Shown: piece by piece, positions 45,198-54,810 of the stretch
How positions within the stretch are numbered: position 1 is the stretch's first letter
Layout: each line of letters opens with the position of its first letter
Assembly (NCBI GenBank): GCA_963775495.1
Contig: CAVZIM010000009.1
Coordinates: forward strand, 39,962-103,961
Origin: an uncultured Methanobacteriaceae archaeon
GTDB lineage: Archaea > Methanobacteriota > Methanobacteria > Methanobacteriales > Methanobacteriaceae
Length of the DNA stretch: 64,000 bases
Direction of reading: 5' to 3'
Translations under genes and position numbers: made by a program
The notes under the pieces: generated by a model
Databases searched by the model: none
What the model was told of the DNA's origin: nothing
The model's input: only the letters and a program-made list of their open reading frames with translations

Positions 45198-46358
45198 ATG
45201 AAATTTATAAGAGATAGTCTTCATGGAAATCTTCAGATCAATGAATTTGAAGTTAAGCTAATTGATACTCCACAAATTCAGAGGCTAAGACGTATCAAAC
45301 AGCTTGGATTTACTTATTTAGTTTATCCCGGAGCAAATCATACCAGATTTGAACATTCCATAGGTACTATGTATCTTGCATCTAGACTTGCAAACAGCCT
45401 TGAATTGTCAACCGAAGAGAAGGAAATGCTACGAGTCAGCGCAATACTCCACGATGCAGGACACGGTCCTTTTTCACATGTTTCAGAGTCTGTACTAGAA
45501 AGATCACACGAAGAATTAACAACAAAGCTCATATTGGAATCTGAACTTTCGGATATACTATCAGAAAAATTTGATCCAAAGGAAATAATTAAATTGATAA
45601 GTGGAGAAGGAAGATTGGGCCATATAATATCAGGAGAACTTGATGCTGATAGAATGGACTATTTATTAAGAGATTCATATTATACAGGGGTAGCATATGG
45701 AGTTATAGATGTTGAAAGATTAATACACAACATGAAACTTGATGGTAATCTTATACTCAAAGCAAAAGGTGTACAAGCTGCAGAATCAATGTTACTAGCA
45801 AGATATTTCATGTATCCGAGCGTTTATCAGCATCATACAACACGTATAATCAACTCCATGTTCAGACGATGTCTAAATCAACTCTTTAAAAAAGGACTCA
45901 TAATACCCGAAAAAATTTACAAATACGATGATGCAGATATCATAATCACCGCAAGAAATCAAAAGGGATTCATAGCAGATATGATGCATAGACTGGATAA
46001 TCGAAAACTTTTCAAAACAGTCTACTCTCTAAAACTTGATGAATTAGAAAATCCCAACGCTGTTTTTAAAATAGACATAGGGAAAATAAGATCATTTGAA
46101 AAGGAAATATCAGAGGAAATGAATATTCCTGAAGAGTATGTTATTATTGATGTTCCGGATTATCCATCATTTGATGAAATGAAAACAACAGTATCCTCAA
46201 AGGGAGACCTGGTTAATCTAAGTGAAATGTCCACCATAGTTAGGACTCTCCGTGATGCAAGATTCAATCATGCTGATCTATGTATATATCTACCAGAGGA
46301 ATATTCAAACTGTTCAAAAGGATTCAATTTTGAAAACTATATTGAAATACCTAAATAA
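45198..46358 (+). CDS. HD-domain phosphohydrolase (SAMHD1/dNTPase-like)
   Basis: QRLRRIKQLG, HTRFEHSIG, LHDAGHGPFSH, LDADRMDYLLRD, VYQH. Confidence 0.92.
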   Translation: MKFIRDSLHGNLQINEFEVKLIDTPQIQRLRRIKQLGFTYLVYPGANHTRFEHSIGTMYLASRLANSLELSTEEKEMLRVSAILHDAGHGPFSHVSESVLERSHEELTTKLILESELSDILSEKFDPKEIIKLISGEGRLGHIISGELDADRMDYLLRDSYYTGVAYGVIDVERLIHNMKLDGNLILKAKGVQAAESMLLARYFMYPSVYQHHTTRIINSMFRRCLNQLFKKGLIIPEKIYKYDDADIIITARNQKGFIADMMHRLDNRKLFKTVYSLKLDELENPNAVFKIDIGKIRSFEKEISEEMNIPEEYVIIDVPDYPSFDEMKTTVSSKGDLVNLSEMSTIVRTLRDARFNHADLCIYLPEEYSNCSKGFNFENYIEIPK

Positions 46359-46431
46359 TATTATTAATTTAGGTTAAAACCGAAAAAAATAAGCATATTT
46401 AATCGTATATAGAACAATTTGGCGTGAAAAA

Positions 46432-46992
46432 ATGATAGTTATAGCAATTACCGGTGCAAGTGGTGTGGTTTATGGTAAAAGACTTCTTGAAGTTTTAAAC
46501 AACCTTAAAGAAGAAACTGCAGTTGTTGTTACGGATCCAGCAAAAATAATCCTTGAATATGAACTAGGAATTAAAGAAGATGAAATTAAGAAACTGGCAT
46601 CCGAATATTACAGCCCTAAAGATCTTACATCTTCAATTAACAGTGGATCCTTTAAATTTGAATCTATGGTCATTGTACCCTGTACAATGAAAACCCTTTC
46701 TGCAATAGCAAATGGATATGCAAATAATGCAGTTACAAGATCAGCAGATGTAACTCTTAAAGAAAGAAGAAAGCTTGTAATCGTTCCTAGAGAAACTCCT
46801 TTAAGATCTGTTCACCTTGAAAATATGTTAAAAGTAAGTAATGAAGGTGCAATAATTCTCCCAGCAATGCCTGGATTTTATCACAGACCAAAAACCAATG
46901 AAGAATTAGTTGATTTCATTGTTGGGAAAATATTAGATGTTCTGGGTATAGAAAACAACATGTTTGAAAGATGGACAGGGGAAATGGAATGA
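46432..46992 (+). CDS. ubiX: Flavin prenyltransferase UbiX
   Basis: AITGASG, SSINSGS, PCTMKTL, LKERRKLVIVPRETP, PAMPGFY. Confidence 0.96.
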   Translation: MIVIAITGASGVVYGKRLLEVLNNLKEETAVVVTDPAKIILEYELGIKEDEIKKLASEYYSPKDLTSSINSGSFKFESMVIVPCTMKTLSAIANGYANNAVTRSADVTLKERRKLVIVPRETPLRSVHLENMLKVSNEGAIILPAMPGFYHRPKTNEELVDFIVGKILDVLGIENNMFERWTGEME

Positions 46993-47564
46993 TTAAGGAT
47001 CAAGATTTTATTAAAAATCCAAATGTACCAGGTCCAACTAAGGAAGAGGTTAGATGCATTGTAATATGTAAATCCCTTATAAAACCCGATGATATTGTAG
47101 TTGATATTGGATGTGGAACTGGAGGTTTGACATTAGAATTTGCAAAAAGGGCTAAAACCATTTATTCTATAGATATTAACCCTGATGCAGTTGAAACAAC
47201 CCAACAAAATCTTGAAAAACATGGCCTAAAAGGAAATGTTGAAGTTATTAAAGGCGATGGCTTAGAAGTACTAGATAAAATTGAAAAATTTGATTTACTT
47301 GTTATAGGTGGAAGTGGTGGTAAATTACCGCTTTTAATTGAAAAGGGTTATAAAAAGCTCAATAATAATGGTAGAATTATAGTAACTTCAATACTTCTAG
47401 AAACAAGTGCAGAAGCAATATCTTCCCTTAAAAAACTTTCAATAGAACCTGATGTGGTGACTGTTTCAATTTCTAAGGGTAAAATAACCAAAAGAGGAAC
47501 TATGATGATGTCTAGAAACCCTATTACCATAATATCAGCCCAGAAGACTTTTAATAATTTATAA
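46989..47564 (+). CDS. cbiT: Precorrin-6Y C5,15-methyltransferase (decarboxylating) subunit CbiT
   Basis: VPGPTKEEVR, DIGCGTGG, IGGSGG, SRNPITII. Confidence 0.93.
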   Translation: MIKDQDFIKNPNVPGPTKEEVRCIVICKSLIKPDDIVVDIGCGTGGLTLEFAKRAKTIYSIDINPDAVETTQQNLEKHGLKGNVEVIKGDGLEVLDKIEKFDLLVIGGSGGKLPLLIEKGYKKLNNNGRIIVTSILLETSAEAISSLKKLSIEPDVVTVSISKGKITKRGTMMMSRNPITIISAQKTFNNL

Positions 47565-47572
47565 GTGACACT

Positions 47573-48349
47573 ATGAAAATCGTGAAGAGATTTGGTTGGC
47601 GTTTTGAAATTGCCATTCTACTTATTTTAAGTGCTGTTGTACTGTATCTAATCCAGTTTTATATATTCCACGAACCTAGAACAGAACTATTTTACTTTGG
47701 AATAGACCTTGCATTTTTACCAATAGAAGTTTTACTAGTTGTATTAGTAATAGAAACAGCTATTAGTAGAAGAGAAAAGAGTGTATTGCTTGAAAAATTA
47801 AACATGGTCATTGGAGTTTTTTTTAGTGATATGGGTACAGAAATTCTGGGGGAAATATCTAAATTTGATTTAAAATCGAAAACTATCAACGAAACTTTGA
47901 TAATAAATTCTAATTGGGTTGATTTAGATTTTAAAAAAGCTAAGGAAGATATAACCATGCGTAATTATCATCTTGAAATCCATGGAAACGATCCAAATTC
48001 AATAATTTTTTTAGAAGAAACTAAAAAGTATTTAATGGGTAAAAGAAGGTTGTTATTAGCTTTACTTGAAAATCCCAACTTATTAGAACATGAAACTTTT
48101 ACTGAACTTTTAAGAGCTGTTTTTCATCTTACAGAAGAACTTGAAAAACGAAATGATATTAAACAGCTTCCCAAAGCAGATTATGATCACCTGAAATTTG
48201 ATACTGAAAGGGTATATAACTTGCTCATCTATCAATGGGTGGAATATATGGAACATCTTATGAACAACTATCCTTATCTTTTCTCACTGGCCATGAGAAC
48301 AAATCCATTTGATCCAAATGCAACTGTTGAAATACAAGATAGCGACTGA
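47573..48349 (+). CDS. Hypothetical membrane protein (2 TM + cytoplasmic domain)
   Basis: 258-aa ORF; DLAFLPIEVLLVVLVI TM; LLENPNLLEHETFTELLRAVFHLTEEL. Confidence 0.8.
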   Translation: MKIVKRFGWRFEIAILLILSAVVLYLIQFYIFHEPRTELFYFGIDLAFLPIEVLLVVLVIETAISRREKSVLLEKLNMVIGVFFSDMGTEILGEISKFDLKSKTINETLIINSNWVDLDFKKAKEDITMRNYHLEIHGNDPNSIIFLEETKKYLMGKRRLLLALLENPNLLEHETFTELLRAVFHLTEELEKRNDIKQLPKADYDHLKFDTERVYNLLIYQWVEYMEHLMNNYPYLFSLAMRTNPFDPNATVEIQDSD

Positions 48350-48491
48350 TATCATAAAATATCTTTATAATAATATTGTTAACGAAAAATAATGCTAAAT
48401 ATGTTCTTTAATTCACAAAATATTTATATGGTCATTTACATACATCTAAAAAAGCTTTAATATCCTAAAAAAAAGTAAAAAACAAGTAAAT

Positions 48492-48737
48492 GTGGTTGAT
48501 TTAATGGAGAGGTTAACTCTCAAGCAGTATAGACAGATGGTTGAAAAGGTACTCGAGTTCAAAAAGTTGAACGGAGAAATGCCCCCCTATACAATTGTTG
48601 ATGGTTGTAAGATTAGCAAAATTGTATATGTTGACATGATAGAAACTGCAAACAAGTTTCTACTTGAAATGGGCCGTAACCCAGAAATTGTTGAAATTGG
48701 AAGACAAACTGATATGAACTGTTTAATAAAGTTCTAA
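48492..48737 (+). CDS. Small pseudomurein-binding-repeat (PMBR)-like protein with two repeats
   Basis: LTLKQYRQMVEKVLEFKKLNGEMPPY and ISKIVYVDMIETANKFLLEMGRNPEIV fit the PMB repeat pattern. Confidence 0.7.
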   Translation: MVDLMERLTLKQYRQMVEKVLEFKKLNGEMPPYTIVDGCKISKIVYVDMIETANKFLLEMGRNPEIVEIGRQTDMNCLIKF

Positions 48738-48902
48738 TCGTTTGAAAAAAATCCATTTTGGGGATGCGAATAAAATCTCTTATTAACACTATTTTTAATG
48801 TTCGAATTTTATCTGATAGATTCAATTATTTATCAGAAAACTTATTTTCTTTAAATTAAATATTTTGAATTAAGTTTTAAAGAGATATTAATTCTTGTTT
48901 TA

Positions 48903-49553
48903 TCAAATATTCTTTTTATTAGTAGCATTATCAAAATCTGTCTGGTATATGTGAGCACTTACAGAATGAACAGTTATTGGCCCAATTTTTGTTCCTAAAT
49001 GTTCAGAAACATATTTTGAGAGTCCTTTAAGTCCGAAGAAGTTAGGAATCCATGATCTGTAAATATCTTGACTTCTCCAAATAGCGGTTGTAAATAACAT
49101 GTTTTTGCGAATTTTAAAATCAATCATAACCAGACTTGGGATGTCGTTCTGGCATTGATCTATCGATGGATCAAATGTGGTCATTGTTGCTCTTCTTGAT
49201 GTTTTACAGTTATTAAGTCGGTTTATAACTGATTCAACCTGATCAATTTTAACCTTGTAAATATCACGACCCATCTTAAATCCAAAATGCTCCCTCAGCC
49301 GTTTCCCATAATTAATGCCATCATGATGATTTTCACTGTCTAAAAACGCTTCTTCATATCTTTTTAACTTTTCAGGAGATAAATATCCCATTGGTAGTTC
49401 TGAATTTACAGGATCTTGGACCGTTACTATCATATTTAAAATTTCCTTTGTGATATGATTACGTTCATCCTCCACTATATCTCCATTACCCATTATCTGT
49501 TCTATTATAATGATCCATGCATCTTCGGCTTTTTTAGTTTCTATTGTGAACAT
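48903..49553 (-). CDS. Thymidylate-synthase-family protein (archaeal type) with Ser at the catalytic Cys position
   Basis: DER, YGKRLR, SRRAT, DIPS (normally PC), RSQD-x7-N, SAHIY. Confidence 0.85.
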   Translation of the reverse strand: MFTIETKKAEDAWIIIIEQIMGNGDIVEDERNHITKEILNMIVTVQDPVNSELPMGYLSPEKLKRYEEAFLDSENHHDGINYGKRLREHFGFKMGRDIYKVKIDQVESVINRLNNCKTSRRATMTTFDPSIDQCQNDIPSLVMIDFKIRKNMLFTTAIWRSQDIYRSWIPNFFGLKGLSKYVSEHLGTKIGPITVHSVSAHIYQTDFDNATNKKNI

Positions 49554-49927
49554 ATACCATCACTATTTTAGTTCAATACAAATATTTTAAAAAAATAATT
49601 TATATCCTAATTAAGAGTAACTTCTCTAAAAGATAGACTCTTGACAGGTAAATTCTTAAGATTTTTATGATAGTTTTAGATTGTTCTGCAATATAAATAA
49701 ACTTTAGCTGTTATTTAAAACTCTTTTATACAAATTTGATATTTAAAGATAAAGTGGTATTGTAGCATTATTTTCAAGTATAAAGTTATTCTTTTGAAAC
49801 TAGTTAAATTAGGAATTACATTTGAGTTATCTATTTCTCTGAATTCCAGCATTCAATCTTGTGTAGATAATCAAGTAAAACAATTATGGATTTATTTTAA
49901 AAAAAGAAAAAAAATTAGGTTTGGGTT

Positions 49928-52900
49928 TTAACCTGTTTTGAATTTTATTGTGTATGCTGCTGTTAGGTTTCCAGCTAAGTCTTTAAATGCGTCTTTTGGT
50001 ATGTATATGATGTATTTGTTGTTGTGTAATCTGCTTTTTGTCATTTTGATTGTTAATGTATTTTTGGATAAGATCTTAGTTATTTGTACTAGTTTTCCTG
50101 TGTTAACGTTTTTAACGTAAATATCATTGTAGTTGATTCCTTTGAGGATGTTTTCGCTGAAGGTTATAGTTAATGGTGTTGTGAGTGGTACGTCGATTGC
50201 ATTGTATTTAGGGTTAGTTTTAACAATTGTTGGTGCAACTTTGTCAATTACATAGTTTTGTACGTTGATTGAGGATTTGTTACTTGCTAAGTCTATTTCT
50301 AAGTATTTGAGTGTGCTTGTTGATGAGATGGTGATTGGTTTGGTGTATAATGTGCTTTTACTGGTTGGTGTGGTTCCATTTAAGGTGTAGTAGATGTTTC
50401 CTGGTTCACTCATTGTGAGTGTAACAACTTTATTGGTGTTGTATAATCCGCCTTTAATGTTTGCATTGGCTGTTGGTATGGTTGTGTCGATGGTGTATGT
50501 TCTTGTTACTGTGTTGGAAATATTTCCAGCTGTATCCATAGCAATAAATTCAAGTGTAGTTGTTCCTAATTTACTGATAGTTAATGGCTCAGTGTATAAT
50601 GTGCTGCTTGTTGTTGGTGCGGTTCCGTTTAGTGTGTAATAGATTTTAAGATTTGGGTCGTTGTCAGTAGCTGTTAAATTTACTGTCTGATTCGAGTTGA
50701 ATATTCCACTTGCTAACGTTGCATTAACCACAGGAATACTTGTATCTGGTGTTACATTAACTGTTAATATTGTAATATTACTTCCACCAGGTCCAGTTAC
50801 TGTTTCTGTGACATTATATGTTCCACCTATTGTGTATGTGTGTGTAGGGTTTTGTTCTGTACTATTTTGTGATCCATCTCCGAAATTCCAATTATATCCT
50901 GTAATATTTCCATTTGAGTTATCTGTAAACTGAACTGATTCTGGTGCTGTACCACTTGGTTGGTTTACTGTGAATCCTGCGACTGGTGTTGGATAATTCA
51001 CATTTATTTTTGAGGTTGTGGTATTGTTTCCTGCACTGTTAGTTACGGTTAATGTTACGTTGTAGGTTCCTGGAGTGTTATAAGTGTATGTTGGGTTTTG
51101 TTGTGTGCTGTTTCCTCCATCTCCGAAGTTCCATAACCAACTTGTTATGTCACCTATTGATTGATCTGTAAATTGCACATTTAATGGTCCTACTCCATTA
51201 TTATTGTTTTCTGTGAAATTTGCTACAGGTGGTAATTCCTGATATGCAACACCCGCTATCATACCGAAGTCATATTCGCTACCTAAATATTGAACAGTTC
51301 CATTAGGGAGAATTTCTTGAATAAGATTATCACCTTGGTCTGTTATGTAAAGGTTTCCGTTTGGATCAAGAGCCATGAGTGCTGGTTCATTGGATTCTCC
51401 AATTTCAGTTACACTACCATTAGCACCAAATTCCCAAATCCCCCCATTATTATTATCGGACATGTATATATTTCCTTGAGAATCAATAGCTACTCCATCT
51501 TGACCAAATCCAGATGTAGTACCCATTGTCTTGATAGTTCCGTTAGTGTAGACCTCATAAACCGCAGTACCATAGTCACCTACAACTACATTGCCTTGAG
51601 CGTCAACAGCAACGCCACATGGAGCTATCCATCCACTACCTATCTGTATTACTGTACCATTAGTTAAGATTTCCTCAACTAAGCTGTTACCTACATCTCC
51701 TACGTATACATTGCCTTGTGAATCAACAGCAATGCCTACTGGACTGTTAAATGCATATCCATTTCCCAATTGAACAACAGTTCCATTAATATAAATCTCA
51801 TCAACTGCATTATTACCCAAATCTGCCACATACACATTGCCTTGTGAATCAACAGCAATCCCATATGGCGTGTTAAATGCATACCCGTTTCCCAACTGCA
51901 CCATTGTTCCGTTAGGATGTATTTCATATACTGCATTATTACCAGCGTCTGTAACATATAAATTTCCATTTAGAGTTGGTGGTTTTTTAACTGTGATATA
52001 ATTATTTTCTATTATAGTATTGTTTCCCCCAGCTCCAGAGGCTGTTTCTGTTACTGTGTATGTTCCAGATGTCGTGTATGTATGTGTAGGGTTTTGTAGA
52101 GTACTAGTTGTTCCATCTCCGAAGTTCCATAACCAACTTGTTGGATTGTCGCTGGATGTATCTGTGAATTGGACGTTTAATGGTGTATTACCATTAGTTA
52201 CATTTGCTATGAAACTTGCGATTGTTACTTGATGGTTAACTGTTATGGTTTTTGTTGTGGTATTACTATTTCCACCGGGTCCTGTTACTGTTTCTGTTAC
52301 TGTGTATGTTCCGGGTGTGGTGTAGGTGTGTGTTGGGTATTTATTGATAGATGTTGCTCCGTCTCTGAAATCCCAATAATATCTTACATCACCTGTGGAC
52401 TGGTCAAAGAAATACACATTTAATGGTGCTGTTCCGTTGGTTGTGCTGGTTGCGAAAACTGCAAGTGGAGCTACATGGATATTCATTCCTGTTGTTGTAT
52501 TGTTTCCGTCAGGTCCTGTTACTGCTTCTGTTACTGTGTATGTTCCAGGTTCGGTGTATGTGTGTGTTGGGTTTTGTATTGTGCTCGTTGTACCGTCTCC
52601 AAAGTTCCATAACCATGATGTTGAATTAGTTGAGTTGTCTGTGAACTGTGTGTTTAATGGTGCTGTACCATTTGTAGTATTTGCTGTAAAATTTGCAGCT
52701 AGTATTGTTGGGGTGTTTAGTTTTGCTATAAATGCGTTTTCAGTTCCGTTATTATTGGTTTGGTATGCTCCAGTGGTAGTTGGGAAATCATTTGATGAAG
52801 TATAACCTGTGATATAGACATTTCCATTATCATCTATTGCATCATATTCTCCATAGTTAAGAGCACTTCCTCCAAGGTATGTGCTGTAAATCAAAGTTTT

Positions 52901-54403
52901 ATTTGAATTAAACTTTGTTACATATGAATCGTAAGTACCATTACCAAAGATAGTTTGATAGGCTCCACTGGTTGTTGGGAAATTTGTTGATGATGTGAGT
53001 CCACTTAAGTAAATATTGCCTGCACTGTCCACTGAAAGACCATATCCCCAATCACTGCCGGTTCCTCCGAGGTAAGTACTGTAGATTAGACTTTCATTGG
53101 AATTAAATTCGGTTAAAAATGCATTATTTACTGCACCAATCATTGTTTTTTGGTACGCATTGCTGGTAGTTGGGAAGTCAGGTGAAACTGTAAATCCAGT
53201 TAAATAAACATTTCCTTGACCGTCTACTGCAACACTATTTGAATAGTCACTAGTATCTCCGCCGAGATATGTGCTGTAAACTAGATTTCCACTGGAGTTA
53301 AATTCACTTAAGAAGGCCATGTTACTGCCATTTTCCCAGACCGTTTGATATGCTCCAATAGTTGTTGGAAATGTAGGTGAAAATGTAGTTCCTGTTATAA
53401 ATACATTACCGTTATTATCTACAGCTACACCATATCCGTAAGTATCGGCTCCAAACTTAGAATTTCCTCCTAAGTAGGTGCTGTAAATCAGGTTTCCACT
53501 GGAGTTAAATTCACTTAGGTATGCATCGGTAACTCCACTATAAGTTGTTTGGTATGCATTACTGGTAGTAGGGAAATCTGGTGATTCAGTATTCCCTGTG
53601 ATATAAACAGTTCCTTCATTATCCACTGCAATATTTCCTACATAGGTACTACTTGTTCCTCCCAAGTATGTACTGTAAATAAGATTTCCAGTAGAGTTAA
53701 ATTCACTTAGGAATGCATTTTGTAACCCATTATTGGTAGTTTGGTATGCTCCATTGGTTGTTGGGAAATCTGTGGAATTTGTCCATCCTGCGACGTATAT
53801 TATTCCGTTATTACCCACTACAACACTCATCCCATAGTCTGTGTTGTTTCCTCCTAGGTATGTACTATAAATCAAATTTCCACTTGAGTTAAACTCACTT
53901 AAGAACACATCTTGCCCTCCTGAGTAAGTTTTTTGGAACGCATTACTGGTCGTAGGGAAGTTTGCTGACGTAGTGGAACCTGTAACATAAATATTCCCCA
54001 TACTATCAACCGCAATACTGTGTCCCTGATCAGTTTGGTTTCCTCCAAGATAAGTTACATAGTTGGTTGGTATAACTGCTATGTAGTTGTTTTGGGTATC
54101 CGTGTTACTGCCACCGGCTCCTGTTACTGTTTCGGATACATTATAGGTTCCTGCATTTGTATAAGTGTGTGTTGGATTTTGTAGTGTTGAATTTTGATTA
54201 TCTCCAAAGTCCCAATACCAACTGGTTGAATTACCAGTTGATGTGTCGTTGAATTGTACAGATAGTGGTGCAGCGCCATTTGTCACATTACTTGTGAAAT
54301 TGGCTACTGGTACATCTGCTGCGCTCGCTGCTCCTACTCCTGAAATACAGAAAAAAAGAGCTAAAAACATGAGCAAAAGTAATTTTTCTTTATTCCTAAA
54401 CAT
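49928..54403 (-). CDS. Adhesin-like surface protein: signal peptide, PKD, SBBP beta-propeller, 3 PKD, NHL propeller, 2 PKD, 2 chitobiase/Fn3-associated domains, Big_5
   Basis: Repeated WxWxFGDG...QNPTHTY; LIYSTYLGG...AVD..GNxYxTG repeats; PxGIAVDSQGNVYV; IYYTLNGTxPT; start refined to ATG 54403. Confidence 0.92.
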   Translation of the reverse strand: MFRNKEKLLLLMFLALFFCISGVGAASAADVPVANFTSNVTNGAAPLSVQFNDTSTGNSTSWYWDFGDNQNSTLQNPTHTYTNAGTYNVSETVTGAGGSNTDTQNNYIAVIPTNYVTYLGGNQTDQGHSIAVDSMGNIYVTGSTTSANFPTTSNAFQKTYSGGQDVFLSEFNSSGNLIYSTYLGGNNTDYGMSVVVGNNGIIYVAGWTNSTDFPTTNGAYQTTNNGLQNAFLSEFNSTGNLIYSTYLGGTSSTYVGNIAVDNEGTVYITGNTESPDFPTTSNAYQTTYSGVTDAYLSEFNSSGNLIYSTYLGGNSKFGADTYGYGVAVDNNGNVFITGTTFSPTFPTTIGAYQTVWENGSNMAFLSEFNSSGNLVYSTYLGGDTSDYSNSVAVDGQGNVYLTGFTVSPDFPTTSNAYQKTMIGAVNNAFLTEFNSNESLIYSTYLGGTGSDWGYGLSVDSAGNIYLSGLTSSTNFPTTSGAYQTIFGNGTYDSYVTKFNSNKTLIYSTYLGGSALNYGEYDAIDDNGNVYITGYTSSNDFPTTTGAYQTNNNGTENAFIAKLNTPTILAANFTANTTNGTAPLNTQFTDNSTNSTSWLWNFGDGTTSTIQNPTHTYTEPGTYTVTEAVTGPDGNNTTTGMNIHVAPLAVFATSTTNGTAPLNVYFFDQSTGDVRYYWDFRDGATSINKYPTHTYTTPGTYTVTETVTGPGGNSNTTTKTITVNHQVTIASFIANVTNGNTPLNVQFTDTSSDNPTSWLWNFGDGTTSTLQNPTHTYTTSGTYTVTETASGAGGNNTIIENNYITVKKPPTLNGNLYVTDAGNNAVYEIHPNGTMVQLGNGYAFNTPYGIAVDSQGNVYVADLGNNAVDEIYINGTVVQLGNGYAFNSPVGIAVDSQGNVYVGDVGNSLVEEILTNGTVIQIGSGWIAPCGVAVDAQGNVVVGDYGTAVYEVYTNGTIKTMGTTSGFGQDGVAIDSQGNIYMSDNNNGGIWEFGANGSVTEIGESNEPALMALDPNGNLYITDQGDNLIQEILPNGTVQYLGSEYDFGMIAGVAYQELPPVANFTENNNNGVGPLNVQFTDQSIGDITSWLWNFGDGGNSTQQNPTYTYNTPGTYNVTLTVTNSAGNNTTTSKINVNYPTPVAGFTVNQPSGTAPESVQFTDNSNGNITGYNWNFGDGSQNSTEQNPTHTYTIGGTYNVTETVTGPGGSNITILTVNVTPDTSIPVVNATLASGIFNSNQTVNLTATDNDPNLKIYYTLNGTAPTTSSTLYTEPLTISKLGTTTLEFIAMDTAGNISNTVTRTYTIDTTIPTANANIKGGLYNTNKVVTLTMSEPGNIYYTLNGTTPTSKSTLYTKPITISSTSTLKYLEIDLASNKSSINVQNYVIDKVAPTIVKTNPKYNAIDVPLTTPLTITFSENILKGINYNDIYVKNVNTGKLVQITKILSKNTLTIKMTKSRLHNNKYIIYIPKDAFKDLAGNLTAAYTIKFKTG

Positions 54404-54810
54404 TATTCCTCCCAAACATTTTTTTTAATCACGTCAAATTAAGATCCAAATAAAAAAAAGTGATCTTCAATTTGAATTTACAAACTGCAAATAAGTACTT
54501 ATCGATTATAACAGCATCTAACACTGAAATTGCAATTTATAGATCAATTAGGAGAATATTCTCACAAAATAAATAATCTAAATGTATTATACTGCACATC
54601 AAATATGAATGAATGTTGTTTGAATTAATAACCTCTAACAATAAAAAGCTTCACATGCTCCAGATCAGTCTTCATTTAAAAGAAAGAGAAAGAAATCTGT
54701 TTTAAATTATTAGATACATAATGAGTAATGTTTTATTATTCAATTTAATAATATCCAACATTTTTAGCTAAAAAAAGAATTTTATAATTATTTAAAAAAA
54801 ATTTCGTATA

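Noticed and set aside
45198-46358. SAMHD1-like HD hydrolase as an antiviral dNTP-depletion system
   Set aside because: It is embedded and translationally coupled in a housekeeping run (nadM-moaE-HD-ubiX-cbiT) with no defence-island context.
47573-49553. Prophage or DNA-modification island around the ThyA-like and PMBR genes
   Set aside because: No integrase, att-like repeats, structural genes, kinases or glycosyltransferases accompany them.
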